DNA from: Euryarchaeota archaeon UBA124
GTDB lineage: Archaea; Thermoplasmatota; Poseidoniia; Poseidoniales; Poseidoniaceae
Assembly: GCA_002502215.1 (NCBI GenBank)
Contig: DAPT01000073.1
Span: 9,555 to 66,940, forward strand
Length of the DNA stretch: 57,386 nucleotides
Reading direction: 5' to 3'
The first letter of the stretch is position 1; each line of letters opens with the position of its first letter. This document shows, one piece after another, positions 1 to 10,015 of the stretch. The translations under genes were made by a program, and so were the position numbers. The notes below the pieces were generated by a model, which saw only the letters and a program-made list of their open reading frames with translations, had not been told where the DNA came from and ran no database searches.

Positions 1-1815
1 CTCGAGCCGCTGCCTGCCAATCTTGAGCTCGTACTGCCAAGTGATGTTGATTCTACTGGGTTAGAAATCCCAGACTTTAGTCAGGGAGAAGGTGTCGAAT
101 CCTTGTCGTTCTTCCTCGGAGATGTTGTTGGTATAGGCGGACTTGTCAATGACTTAGTGTACGGCCTTGTCTCAAACATCGGTGATTCAACCGGCAACGC
201 ACAAGATGTTGCATTTGGGCTTGACATGATGACAGGTGAAAGTTTTGACATCGTTGCTGACATGCGAAAAGGAACGGTTCCTCTCGGCGAGCCAGAATGG
301 CAACACGGGCTCGATATGCAAGCGGTTGAGCGTACAGTTCTTGATTTCAATTTGTCGAAATTAACCAATTTAACCGAGTCAAATCGATTGGTTGTGAATG
401 GAATTCTCTCCGACTACGTCGTCGATAACGATGAGCGCACAACGTTGGAAGAGACCTTCTCGCAGTCAAATTTGTCTTTTGCCTACCCTGTGGTGGAGTT
501 ACTGGGTGACGGTGTTATCACCGAACGTGAACTGATAGGTTTCGATGTGGATTTGCTCGAAGAACTTGGATTGACATTCGAGAAACGTCGGAGTTGGCAT
601 CTCCGAACATGGTTGCCTCAATTACCATCGGGTAAAATCGATATTAGTTACGTTTTCACGTTAACCGACGACATTCCAACGTACGATTTCAGAATGGAAC
701 TCGAAGACTGGCTGCCTGCGCGTGAGAATTTCTATCTCACGATGAATGGAATTGAACTATCCTCTGCTGAATTGCAAATCTTTGGATTGGATACAGAACA
801 ATCGCGAGACGTTTCTGTCGCAGCGTTCTTTTATCGACAAGACAATCTGACAGTACCTCGACTCTCAATCGACATGAGTTACGATGTAGGTCAACGTTTG
901 GATTATGTTTATTCAGTGTTCACTGATCTTGAGAACCTTGTACGTGCTGAGACCTTCATAGAGGGTGTTCCACAACAGACGCGTTTCTCTGCAACCATTG
1001 GGGACGTTCTCTTGCTCGATGTTGACGTACCTCAAGCATTTAGGTCGGGTGAAACAAGCGTCGATTCGATGATGATTCAACAACATCGTTTTGTTGACGG
1101 TTTCTGGTGGCCTGCAACGACCTTCTTCCGTGATGTTCCATCGGTCATGAGCCTCGCTGCAGAACCGGATACACGATATGATATTCGCGAAGAAACCTCG
1201 TTCCAGGGCATGATGACGCTCGATTATGCTTCCAATTCAGACAAGATGGATATGTACATTGAAGCCAGCGGCAGAGCCATCGATGCGAAAGGCGATACGC
1301 TGATGATTGCCAAGAATCTCCCAAAGACGTTCAAACTTGAAACCACGGAGGATTGGGGTGTTCGCATCGTATCCTCGGACAACGGTGTTGAAGAGTTATA
1401 CATGCGTCAATCCAATCTTCCCGGCGCTCCTGGTGCTTTCCTTGACCGTCTCGAAATCATCGGTGAAGATCTCAAGGGTGCGACAATCACCATCCATCGA
1501 CCACTTGGCTACCCTGTCATTGTTCTCGATGACATCACAACTGGCCGGCTTGTATCAAGTGCAGAAATTCATCTCGAGCCCGGTGTCTACGTTCCTTTGT
1601 TTGGAGACCTTGAGGTGGATGGTCGAGGCGTTCTCCTCGATGCCCAATTCACGGGTATTCTTCCAACCTCCACGTCAATTGGAGTGAATGGTGTTGTAAC
1701 CGATCTTTCGGTTGTCAGTACGCTGACAGGGGGATCGGTTGAAACCCGCCACATTATGGTGGTTGAACCCTTTACATCGGGTGTTGCTTCGCTCTTTGCG
1801 ATGATTTTTGGGTGA
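1..1815 (+). CDS. Hypothetical large protein, C-terminal 604 codons (5'-truncated by window edge)
   Basis: Frame 1 is open from nt 1 (LEPLPANLELVLPSDVDSTG...) through the listed Met at 103 to TGA 1813-1815. I recognise no catalytic motif. The composition is acidic and Thr/Ser-rich, like the extracellular proteins encoded downstream on the same strand. Confidence 0.55.
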   Translation, partial: LEPLPANLELVLPSDVDSTGLEIPDFSQGEGVESLSFFLGDVVGIGGLVNDLVYGLVSNIGDSTGNAQDVAFGLDMMTGESFDIVADMRKGTVPLGEPEWQHGLDMQAVERTVLDFNLSKLTNLTESNRLVVNGILSDYVVDNDERTTLEETFSQSNLSFAYPVVELLGDGVITERELIGFDVDLLEELGLTFEKRRSWHLRTWLPQLPSGKIDISYVFTLTDDIPTYDFRMELEDWLPARENFYLTMNGIELSSAELQIFGLDTEQSRDVSVAAFFYRQDNLTVPRLSIDMSYDVGQRLDYVYSVFTDLENLVRAETFIEGVPQQTRFSATIGDVLLLDVDVPQAFRSGETSVDSMMIQQHRFVDGFWWPATTFFRDVPSVMSLAAEPDTRYDIREETSFQGMMTLDYASNSDKMDMYIEASGRAIDAKGDTLMIAKNLPKTFKLETTEDWGVRIVSSDNGVEELYMRQSNLPGAPGAFLDRLEIIGEDLKGATITIHRPLGYPVIVLDDITTGRLVSSAEIHLEPGVYVPLFGDLEVDGRGVLLDAQFTGILPTSTSIGVNGVVTDLSVVSTLTGGSVETRHIMVVEPFTSGVASLFAMIFG

Positions 1816-1819
1816 GAAT

Positions 1820-2464
1820 ATGGATGATGAGTTAGTGGTCCATGAAGACGATATTGTCGCTGCTCGGCCGATGGGATTGCTTGAAGCGACCCAACATCAA
1901 GAAGCAATGCAGATGGGTCTCGATTTGAGTGACCCTGAACAAGCTGAAGCTTATCGACAAGCGCAAGAAGTCGCTCTGCTTGTCAAAGAGCGTATTCGCG
2001 ACATCAATCCTGTCCGGGTTGCCATTGCTGGACTCATTCTCATGCTAATGGTTGGCTTGCTGGCAAGCAGCTGGTATTGGGTCATACCTCGAGATGATGT
2101 TGAAGTACATACGGTCTACATGCAACGAGGTGGCCATTTGGTCATGACCGAATTGCAAAACGATGGGAGTCGAGCGATTCATGATGTTGTGGTTGAAGTC
2201 CAATTCCTTGATTCTGAGGACGTACTGATTCAATCGATGAGAATTGAGGTTGATACGGTCAAAGCGCACTCATCCCTTGCGGGCGATGATCTGGAGATGA
2301 TTGTGTTGGGTTACACCGTATGGGATCAGTACACCCTGAAGATATCGGTACGGTACACGATGTTCGACAACAGTCAGAATCTCATGGAAGTGAACCACGT
2401 CGTCGGAACCTATGCGTCGGAAATCTTTGTCGATCAGGTCGAAAGAACGACACGCCTGTTCTGA
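1820..2464 (+). CDS. Hypothetical single-pass membrane protein
   Basis: ATG at 1820 (MDDELVV...) lies 5 nt after the upstream stop. There is one strongly hydrophobic segment (VAIAGLILMLMVGLLASSWYWVI), preceded by an acidic N-terminus and followed by a beta-rich domain of about 130 aa. The listed TTG start at 1808 is also possible. Confidence 0.5.
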   Translation: MDDELVVHEDDIVAARPMGLLEATQHQEAMQMGLDLSDPEQAEAYRQAQEVALLVKERIRDINPVRVAIAGLILMLMVGLLASSWYWVIPRDDVEVHTVYMQRGGHLVMTELQNDGSRAIHDVVVEVQFLDSEDVLIQSMRIEVDTVKAHSSLAGDDLEMIVLGYTVWDQYTLKISVRYTMFDNSQNLMEVNHVVGTYASEIFVDQVERTTRLF

Positions 2465-2528
2465 AGGCCATTTGTTCAAACAATTCACCCATAGCGATAA
2501 ATGCGTCATCCAAGCGAGAGTAGAATCA

Positions 2529-5500
2529 ATGGAGCGCCAAGTCCGTCTCGCCCTCGGGATTCTCATCCTCTTGCTGATGAGTCCATGGAGTTCGATGGTT
2601 GGCCTAGAGCAAGAATCCTCACAAAATCTTGAAGATGAACGAGACGTAGAATTCTTTTCAATTCGCACAGATGCTTATTCTGACTTTGTTGGGACCTATG
2701 ACGCATCAACCCAACAAGAGCACCGTGCTGTTGTGGCACACTCACGCTTGGGTGAGTTTTCTATTCACGGACTTGAATTGAATCGCCCTCTCTCCAGCGA
2801 TGTACTTGAACCGAGGATGGATGCTCAACTCCTCCTTATTGACAACGACCGACACATGCTCGACGTTCGCAAGGACCTCTCTGAAATACCAGGGCTTGAG
2901 GTTCGGGAATTCATTGGTCCTTCAGGATTGATGGTCCAAGGTACCTCGACAGCACTAGAAAATCTTCAATCAACGCCGAGCGTTGTCGCTCAGTGGGACG
3001 TCCCTCTTGCAATGTTCCTCGACGATTCGATGCTGGATGCCCTGATGTTCGAAAACGGAATCCAAGCACTTCAGGGCCAACCAGTTCGACTGGAGGGGTG
3101 GTGGAGCCAACAACAACTCGATACGCTTCTCATCGCTGATGATGCAGGGAACACAATTGAACAAGACTTGTCTGAAGTTGCAGCACTTTCGCTGAAGAAT
3201 GTTGAGCATCTCGACCATGGACAGTACCGTGGAAACCTTGCGGTCAATTCACTGCTCGATGTGGTACGGCAACCGTCGGTTATGTGGCTGAGGTTTGAGC
3301 CTCAAATGTCGATTGACAACGATCAATCAAAGAACCACATGGCGATCAACACCATGCGTTCCTACTTTACGACCGATCTCGATGGTTCGGGACAAATCGT
3401 TGCGGTTGCGGATTCAGGATTGGACGAGGATCACGGCGATTTTGGAACACGAGTTGTTGGCAACTACGACGTGATTGGTGACGGTTCAACTGCAGACCGA
3501 CACTCAGGCCACGGCACACACGTTGCTTGCACGGTTCTCGGTGACGGAACAAAAGGAGGGTATGCAGGCGTGGCGCCGGACGCTGAACTTTACTTCCAAG
3601 CAATGGAAAACGATAACACGGGGAACTTCGTTTCGCCTTCGCTGAATTACTTACTCAACAGTGCCTACAATGCAGGGGCAAGAATTCATACCAATTCGTG
3701 GGGGTCTGCAGCAACATCGACTCAAGGTGAATACACTTCTGAAGCGGAAGCAGTCGACGACCGGTCGTTCAATTACGACAAGGTAAGCAATGGACAAGAA
3801 GGTCTCACCATCTTGTTTGCTGCAGGAAATGACGGTCCGAATTCTGGAACAATTGGCTCACCCTCCACCGCGAAGAACGTGGTTACAGTCGGTAACCACC
3901 AAGCCCGGTACAGTGGAGCTCCTGACAATCTCATGTCCGGCTCATCACGAGGGCCAACCGATGATGGCAGGATCAAGCCAGACGTGATTGCGCCTGGAGG
4001 TTACGTGCGTTCTTGCCGAGCGCAAGAAGCGCAAGACACTGGGGGCTCAAGTTGGCGATCAACCTGGTATCTTGAATACACAGGCACTTCCATGGCGACA
4101 CCAAATGCTGCAGGTGCTGCGACACTGATTCGTGAATATTTGATTGAAATCGCTCAACGACCCTCGCCTCAGGGTGCTTTGGTGAAGGCGCTGCTTGTCC
4201 TTGGTGCACAGGACATCAACTCAAGGGACATTCCAAACAACGATGAAGGCTGGGGGCGGGTGAACCTAAAAGAAACACTCGCACCTTCCCAAGGGAGAGG
4301 AATTTGGGTCGATGACCGTTCGGTTCTGACGAGTTCGGGGACTTCGAAATCGTACGTTTTCAATGTGACATTTGCAAATTCTCAATTGAAAGCAGTGCTT
4401 GCTTGGTCGGATTACCGTGGGAGCAGATTCGCGAGCAAAGCTTTGGTAAACGATCTCGACCTTGAAGTTGAATCACCGGATGGGACAATTTACCTCGGAA
4501 ATGATTTTGCAAACGGGCGCTCAACAACAGGTGGTACGAAAGATGACATCAACAATCTCGAGGTTGTTTTAATCGATATGGCCATGAAGGGAATCTGGAC
4601 TGTACGTGTGAAGGATGCGTATCATGCTGGCAGTGGTTCGCAACCATTTGCTATCGCTGTGTCGGGCCAAGGTGTAAACGATTTGCGCCCTGACCCACAA
4701 ATCGTTCCCAACTCCATGCAATTGAACGTTACAATTCCGCAGGTAGGTGATCAGGTTCGCCTGACAACGGATGTGTTCAATGCAGGAAACATCAAAGCCG
4801 AATCGGTTGAATTGGCGTTCCTCGTTGATGGTACTGAACTCGACCGAAAAACGATGGACATCAATCCCGGTGCGAGCCGTCAATCCACATGGTATTGGAC
4901 TCCTCAACAATCTGGAATGAGCACACTTGAACTTGTTATCGATCCTGATGATACGATCGACGAAATTCAGGAGAACAACAACGTCCTTGCCAAGATTGTC
5001 GATGTGACCGCTCCAGGCGTGAAGGTTACGAGCGATGTCGCAGAGCGACAAGTGCAGTACGCAGAACAAACCACTACGACATGGAACCTTACTCTCGAAA
5101 ATACCGCCCTATTGGAAACGAACGCGTCAATCGATGCCCTCGGAGTTTACTCCGAAGCAGATGGAACGGAAGTGTCTTGGTACCTCGGAATGACGGCTTC
5201 AAATTTCACGTTGCAAGGAAAGGGAACTGCTGAAGTTTCGCTGACAATCGTCTATCCCGAGGCTCCTCAGCCCGGTCTTTACCGCATCGATGTTGTTGGC
5301 ATTGATGTTGATAATGGGATTGCGTATCCGCTTTCTCTTTACCTCGACGTACTTGAGATTCCAGAATTCCGAATTGAGTATGATTACACCGTTGTGCCCG
5401 TACATCCCATCGATTCGACAAACCTTACGATTCGGGTCTACAACGACGGAAATACGGAGATTGGTTACGACCTCTTCTTGCAAGCTCCATCTGGCTGGAG

Positions 5501-7001
5501 CGCTGGGTTTAGTGATTTGAGCAATGATCCCGGCGCAACATCAGGTTCGACCGGACTGATTGCGAAAGGCGGGCAAATGGATGTGAGCATGCAGTTCATA
5601 CCACCGCAGGTTTCAACTGCAGCAGGTGCACAGCGATTGGTCACATTGACTGCGATATCCCAAACGGAACCCTCTCAAACCTGGGAAGTTGATATTCCGA
5701 TTGAAATCATGGAAGTGCGCGAAGTTGAAGTCCTGCTTGAATCAACCATCGGTACGCCTCGGTCCGATGCGTTGCTCAACCTCCTGTTTACAATTGAAAA
5801 TCGCGGCAACGTTGACATGACGCTAACACCCAGTCTCTCCTTGCCAACAGGTTGGTCATTGCAGACGTCCCTTCAGCCAATTGAGATGGCATGGACAGAG
5901 CAATCGAAAAACATCCTCATTTCGGTACAAGGCAACGGAAATGCGCTCTCTGGCCCAATCCAACTGAATCTCGATGTTGGCGCCCAAAGATTCAGTTGGG
6001 CGAGTGAAATCAACGTCCTCGAGTTGCCGCAACCCTCAGTGACATTTTCGCAACTACAGTTTGAGGACGGTCAAACATTTGATCATCCATTCGGTCCTGG
6101 TTCACACCCTGCTGGTCAAGAAATGACCTTTACTTGGCTCCTCATCAACGAAGCAGAGGTTCCTTGGAATCCTTCGATCACAACCTCTCTTTCGCAAGGC
6201 GTCTTCGGGGAGTGTCTTGATGTCGGTACGGTTTCCGACGAAGTTGTACCAGTGGTTTGTTCAATCATTTTACCGCTCACGCTTGAAGTCGCATCCCAAC
6301 CCTCGTTCTCCTTCACCTTGGCCGGTGATGATGTCTCATTGACGGAAGGAACCAGCATGCTAGTGGCTGAGAAGCGCAGCGTTGAGTGGGAAGTGACAGG
6401 TCTTTCAAATCTTGACGAAACTGGCTCTGGCACGCTCCAAGTACGTGTATTGAACGCGGGCAACACCGCTCTATCGCATCAATTAATTCTCGAAACGTCG
6501 AACGGCATCGATGCTGCAATTATTGGCGATGACATCGTCAATGCGGTAGCTGGTGACTCTCAACAATTTAGCATAAAATTGACTGGAAAGACCACCGGTT
6601 CGCAGCAACTGACATTCATGCTCTCAGGTGTTCAGGATGTCGAAGCTTCATCGACATCGGTAAGTGTCGAGATTTCAGCCTCGTTTGAGGAATCTGCCTC
6701 CGGAAGCGGCACTGCGGTCTACATTGGTGCTGGAGTAGCGCTCTTGGTGGGCGTCCTCGCTGTTTTGTACGTTCTGAGGTTGAGAAATCCGAGAATGTCT
6801 CAGACGAGCACCACATTGCCCCCAACATCACTTGCTCAACAAGCAGCGCCCACATGTTGGTCATGCCGGAACCCGATTATCGGGCCAATGCAAGGCTGCC
6901 CTGGCTGCGGGGCCCGTTATCATGCTGATTCTCCAACCTGCAAAATGGTTGAGAAATGTTCGAACTGTGGAACATCCTCCGAACAGTTTGTATCGGCCTG
7001 A
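2529..7001 (+). CDS. Giant membrane-anchored subtilisin-like (S8) serine protease with CARDB/Ig-like repeats and C-terminal zinc-ribbon tail
   Basis: Signal peptide MERQVRLALGILILLLMSPWSSMVG from ATG 2529. S8 triad motifs are present: VADSGLDEDHGDF (Asp codon 3411-3413), HGTHVACTVLG (His 3510-3512) and GTSMATPNAAGAATL (Ser 4089-4091). CARDB-like beta-sandwich signatures occur downstream (VFNAGNIKAES, VYNDGNTEIGY, IENRGNVDMTL, VLNAGNTALSH, IQENNNV). A TM helix (AVYIGAGVALLVGVLAVLYVL) is followed by CWSCRNPIIGPMQGCPGCGARYH...CSNCG. Confidence 0.9.
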   Translation: MERQVRLALGILILLLMSPWSSMVGLEQESSQNLEDERDVEFFSIRTDAYSDFVGTYDASTQQEHRAVVAHSRLGEFSIHGLELNRPLSSDVLEPRMDAQLLLIDNDRHMLDVRKDLSEIPGLEVREFIGPSGLMVQGTSTALENLQSTPSVVAQWDVPLAMFLDDSMLDALMFENGIQALQGQPVRLEGWWSQQQLDTLLIADDAGNTIEQDLSEVAALSLKNVEHLDHGQYRGNLAVNSLLDVVRQPSVMWLRFEPQMSIDNDQSKNHMAINTMRSYFTTDLDGSGQIVAVADSGLDEDHGDFGTRVVGNYDVIGDGSTADRHSGHGTHVACTVLGDGTKGGYAGVAPDAELYFQAMENDNTGNFVSPSLNYLLNSAYNAGARIHTNSWGSAATSTQGEYTSEAEAVDDRSFNYDKVSNGQEGLTILFAAGNDGPNSGTIGSPSTAKNVVTVGNHQARYSGAPDNLMSGSSRGPTDDGRIKPDVIAPGGYVRSCRAQEAQDTGGSSWRSTWYLEYTGTSMATPNAAGAATLIREYLIEIAQRPSPQGALVKALLVLGAQDINSRDIPNNDEGWGRVNLKETLAPSQGRGIWVDDRSVLTSSGTSKSYVFNVTFANSQLKAVLAWSDYRGSRFASKALVNDLDLEVESPDGTIYLGNDFANGRSTTGGTKDDINNLEVVLIDMAMKGIWTVRVKDAYHAGSGSQPFAIAVSGQGVNDLRPDPQIVPNSMQLNVTIPQVGDQVRLTTDVFNAGNIKAESVELAFLVDGTELDRKTMDINPGASRQSTWYWTPQQSGMSTLELVIDPDDTIDEIQENNNVLAKIVDVTAPGVKVTSDVAERQVQYAEQTTTTWNLTLENTALLETNASIDALGVYSEADGTEVSWYLGMTASNFTLQGKGTAEVSLTIVYPEAPQPGLYRIDVVGIDVDNGIAYPLSLYLDVLEIPEFRIEYDYTVVPVHPIDSTNLTIRVYNDGNTEIGYDLFLQAPSGWSAGFSDLSNDPGATSGSTGLIAKGGQMDVSMQFIPPQVSTAAGAQRLVTLTAISQTEPSQTWEVDIPIEIMEVREVEVLLESTIGTPRSDALLNLLFTIENRGNVDMTLTPSLSLPTGWSLQTSLQPIEMAWTEQSKNILISVQGNGNALSGPIQLNLDVGAQRFSWASEINVLELPQPSVTFSQLQFEDGQTFDHPFGPGSHPAGQEMTFTWLLINEAEVPWNPSITTSLSQGVFGECLDVGTVSDEVVPVVCSIILPLTLEVASQPSFSFTLAGDDVSLTEGTSMLVAEKRSVEWEVTGLSNLDETGSGTLQVRVLNAGNTALSHQLILETSNGIDAAIIGDDIVNAVAGDSQQFSIKLTGKTTGSQQLTFMLSGVQDVEASSTSVSVEISASFEESASGSGTAVYIGAGVALLVGVLAVLYVLRLRNPRMSQTSTTLPPTSLAQQAAPTCWSCRNPIIGPMQGCPGCGARYHADSPTCKMVEKCSNCGTSSEQFVSA

Positions 7002-7068
7002 TTCGTGAACATCAAAGGACATCCTTTTGATAGGTCAACACCTGCCGTGAGTATAGGGAGGGTTAACA

Positions 7069-9936
7069 TTGCAGGATTTAGGTCAAAAGAAGCGAATTGC
7101 TATCCTTTTGATTTCATTGATGTTTTTGTCAATGGTCCCTGTCATAGCCCCACTCGCATCTGCTGACGAGGCTCGTGACGCAAACATCCAAGTGACGGTT
7201 ACACCAAACGCTCAGACCATCAATCCCGGCGAATCAGGTGAGTACACGGTCCGTGTGTACAATTCTGGGTCAAATCCAGTTACCGTACAACTCAGCACTG
7301 CTGAAGGGCAAGATCAAGATTGCAGTGCTTACACATCAACGATCACGCAAATCCCAGGCCCTATTGACTCGGGCTCCTACGAAGAAGCATCGATGAACGT
7401 TACCCTTGCACAAAACGCAGAAGGGTCTTGCGAGACAACCGTAACTGCGACCGCTCAAGACCAGCCAGAGCCACCTGAACCTCCCGGTCAACCCGCAACG
7501 GAGACTGCAACTGTGACTACCACGGCAGGAGATGGCTCGGGGAACGCTGTCTTTGGTGTCGATTTGTCCATGGTCACATCGAGCAAAACGTGGGGCGGTG
7601 AAGAAACCACTGAATGGACACTTATTGTCGAGAATACGGGGCAACAACAAGCAACGGTCAACTTAGCACTCGAAGAAGACAACTCGGCTTCAGGTTGCGC
7701 AGACCCGGATGGACTCTCGCCACAACTCTCCGAGACCTCTGTAACGCTTGATTCGGAAGAATCGACGGAAGTCTTGGTTTCACTCGATGTCACCAACGAA
7801 CAAGAAGCCGACAAATATTGCTGGGAAATCACAGGGACAGTAACAGGCGATCCAACCGGAAACACGAGTGATACGCAAACATTTGACATTACTGTACCCG
7901 TCCTCAAGGAATGCAGTCTCTCCTTATCGAAGACCAGCATCAACGTCGAACCTGACGGCGAAGGCACGCTCACTGCGACTTTCACCAACGAAGGTAACTC
8001 AGACTGGACCATCCGGGCTGACGCCGCAGGACCAAAATCGGGTTGGGTCTCTTTTGTAGGAGGTTCGAGTGGATTACTGCCTTACGACGGCGCAGGAACG
8101 AAAGCATTCAATCTCAAGGTTAATCCCGATGATTCGGTGAACGCTGGCGATGAACAAACGGTCTACATCCAAGGAAAAGACGGAAATCAAGTCAAGTGCA
8201 ATGCTGAGCTTGCAATCACGGTTGGCCAATCCTTTGGAGCAACCATTTCGATGACCTCCTCACAATTGAACAACATCGAACCCGGAACCTCGGCAACGAC
8301 CTCTGTTACGGTTGAGAACACCGGTAACGGCGTCGATACATTCAGAATCACTCCATCTTCTGTGCCGAGCGGCTGGACTGTAGAATTGGAAGAGACACTT
8401 GTAACACTTGATTCAAAGCACACACCGGACCGAAAAGAGACGGTCGACGTTACCGTCACTTTACCCGATGACGCACTTGCAACTGAAGTCGTCACCATTG
8501 ATCTCTCCGTCGCTCCGAATTCAGGAGGCGAGGCTTACGACGATGTTACACTCTCCGTGTCGGTCGCCGAAGTTCATGGGTTCGAAGCGGATTCTACTGC
8601 ATTGACTCAAACGGGAAAGAACGGAAACGAAGTGAAGTTCCCGTTTGAGGTTGAGAATACAGGGAACGTTGAGGATAATTTCCGATTGAGCGTTATTCAA
8701 CAAACTGCATCTCCATCATGGTCCTATTTCTTTGAAGACGAGGCTGGAAACCGATTTACAGAAGTCTCCGTTGATGCCCGAGAGACAAACCAACTGTTCT
8801 TTGTGGCAACGGTATCGGACAGCGATGAATACTCCACGTTCACCGTTCGTATCACCAACAAGGATGACAACAGAAACGTTGACGAGGATGGTGACGGCAT
8901 TCCAGACAACCAACGAGAATTGCGATTTACAGCTTTCCTTACAACCCGTGATTACGCAATGGATGTACGTCTTGAGGAAGGCGGTCTCGATGGACGAACG
9001 GGTGAACTGATCCTCGCTCCAGGCGATGAGGAAGACGTTGGACTATGGATTCGAAACATGGGCAACGGAGACGATACAGCTGTTCTGGAACTCACCGGTT
9101 TGAACGGCATTGCAACTCGCACAGTGTTCAACAAAGGACTGCCGCTTGCTTCCAACAACGAGATCAATGTACCGTTTGGTTATGGAATATGGGATGAGAA
9201 CAACAGCTCATTTGTTATCGATGCTTCAGGCGCTCCATACATCAAAAGCACCAAAGATGCGATGGAGGAGGAGATGCTCTTTACCCTCAATTTAAGCCAG
9301 GGCTATCAAGCTCGCCCGTACGAGATGTATTTGCAACTAAAGGTCGAGGTCAATGAAGCCACGCTCACAGGCGAAGGTGGCAACCTCTACATTGTTGTCA
9401 CCAGCAAATCCAATGCTGCAAACCGAACAGGGCAAGCGACTGTTTCGCTGAGTGTTCAGAAGTTCTTCGATCTCGACATCGTCGAACCTGAATCAACCTC
9501 TTTCGACCTAACGTACCCTGAAAGTCGATCCTTCACGATTCAAATTCGCAACGATGGAAACGTTGAGACGGAAACTGAAATCTTCTCATCCGAAAATCTC
9601 CGTGGATGGAAGATTGAACTCGAAGATCCACATGACGATTGTGAAACGGTTACATTGTCCTCCTTGCTTTGCACCATCGAGAAAGGTGAGATTCTGAACA
9701 TCACCGTCGAAATCAAGCCTCCATATGGGGCTGAATTATCGGATACATTCGACTTCACCATCTCTGCTCAACCTGAAGAAATTGGTGTCATTGGAAGAGT
9801 CAATCAGCAATTCGAAGTAACGGGTAACCTCGAAGAAGGCTTGTTTGGTCTTGCAGATGATACGACGCTGACACTCTTCGCAGGGGGCTTCTTACTGCTC
9901 GTTGGCCTTGTCTTTATCCTCAGTCGACGCCAATAA
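7069..9936 (+). CDS. Large CARDB/NEW3-like repeat surface protein with C-terminal TM anchor
   Basis: TTG start 7069 lies downstream of GGGAGGG (7056-7062). Signal peptide KKRIAILLISLMFLSMVPVIAPLASADE. Seven domain signatures of the [VI]xN[TSDMe]G[NSq] type are present (VYNSGSNPVTV, VENTGQQQATV, FTNEGNSDWTI, VENTGNGVDTF, VENTGNVEDNF, IRNMGNGDDTA, IRNDGNVETE). The C-terminus ends in a TM segment plus basic residues: LFAGGFLLLVGLVFILSRRQ. Confidence 0.8.
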   Translation: MQDLGQKKRIAILLISLMFLSMVPVIAPLASADEARDANIQVTVTPNAQTINPGESGEYTVRVYNSGSNPVTVQLSTAEGQDQDCSAYTSTITQIPGPIDSGSYEEASMNVTLAQNAEGSCETTVTATAQDQPEPPEPPGQPATETATVTTTAGDGSGNAVFGVDLSMVTSSKTWGGEETTEWTLIVENTGQQQATVNLALEEDNSASGCADPDGLSPQLSETSVTLDSEESTEVLVSLDVTNEQEADKYCWEITGTVTGDPTGNTSDTQTFDITVPVLKECSLSLSKTSINVEPDGEGTLTATFTNEGNSDWTIRADAAGPKSGWVSFVGGSSGLLPYDGAGTKAFNLKVNPDDSVNAGDEQTVYIQGKDGNQVKCNAELAITVGQSFGATISMTSSQLNNIEPGTSATTSVTVENTGNGVDTFRITPSSVPSGWTVELEETLVTLDSKHTPDRKETVDVTVTLPDDALATEVVTIDLSVAPNSGGEAYDDVTLSVSVAEVHGFEADSTALTQTGKNGNEVKFPFEVENTGNVEDNFRLSVIQQTASPSWSYFFEDEAGNRFTEVSVDARETNQLFFVATVSDSDEYSTFTVRITNKDDNRNVDEDGDGIPDNQRELRFTAFLTTRDYAMDVRLEEGGLDGRTGELILAPGDEEDVGLWIRNMGNGDDTAVLELTGLNGIATRTVFNKGLPLASNNEINVPFGYGIWDENNSSFVIDASGAPYIKSTKDAMEEEMLFTLNLSQGYQARPYEMYLQLKVEVNEATLTGEGGNLYIVVTSKSNAANRTGQATVSLSVQKFFDLDIVEPESTSFDLTYPESRSFTIQIRNDGNVETETEIFSSENLRGWKIELEDPHDDCETVTLSSLLCTIEKGEILNITVEIKPPYGAELSDTFDFTISAQPEEIGVIGRVNQQFEVTGNLEEGLFGLADDTTLTLFAGGFLLLVGLVFILSRRQ

Positions 9937-10015
9937 TTTAGTCCACGCCACCCATTGCCATAACATCTGAAGCTTCAATTTCTTTAGTATCGTTAATCAA
10001 GAATGAACTTGATAA

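Noticed and set aside
2412-2528. Upstream extensions of listed ORFs: 2412 for the protease, 10307 for nuoA, 10794 for nuoB, 15646 for nuoJ, 47373 for ATPase 2, 54933 for the membrane protein, and 49993 for paralog 4.
   Set aside because: The extensions overlap the preceding gene and lack conserved or hydrophobic content. Internal ATGs sit just after the upstream stop codon, often behind GGAGG-like boxes, and give canonical N-termini or signal peptides.
7011-7031. Imperfect hairpin ATCAAAGG-ACAT-CCTTTTGAT after the protease stop, and a short AGAGG-N6-CCTCT after nuoN (about 22130-22147), as candidate terminators.
   Set aside because: The stems are short and imperfect. Archaeal termination relies mainly on oligo-T tracts. 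The evidence is too weak to annotate.
9850-9936. C-terminal TM-plus-basic tails of the 955-aa and 600-aa proteins as PGF-CTERM/archaeosortase sorting signals.
   Set aside because: The sequences (…AGGFLLLVGLVFILSRRQ; …PSFAPTLSALIFVGFVVALLQQRD) lack a clear PGF motif, and no archaeosortase gene is in the window. I annotated them simply as C-terminal anchors.
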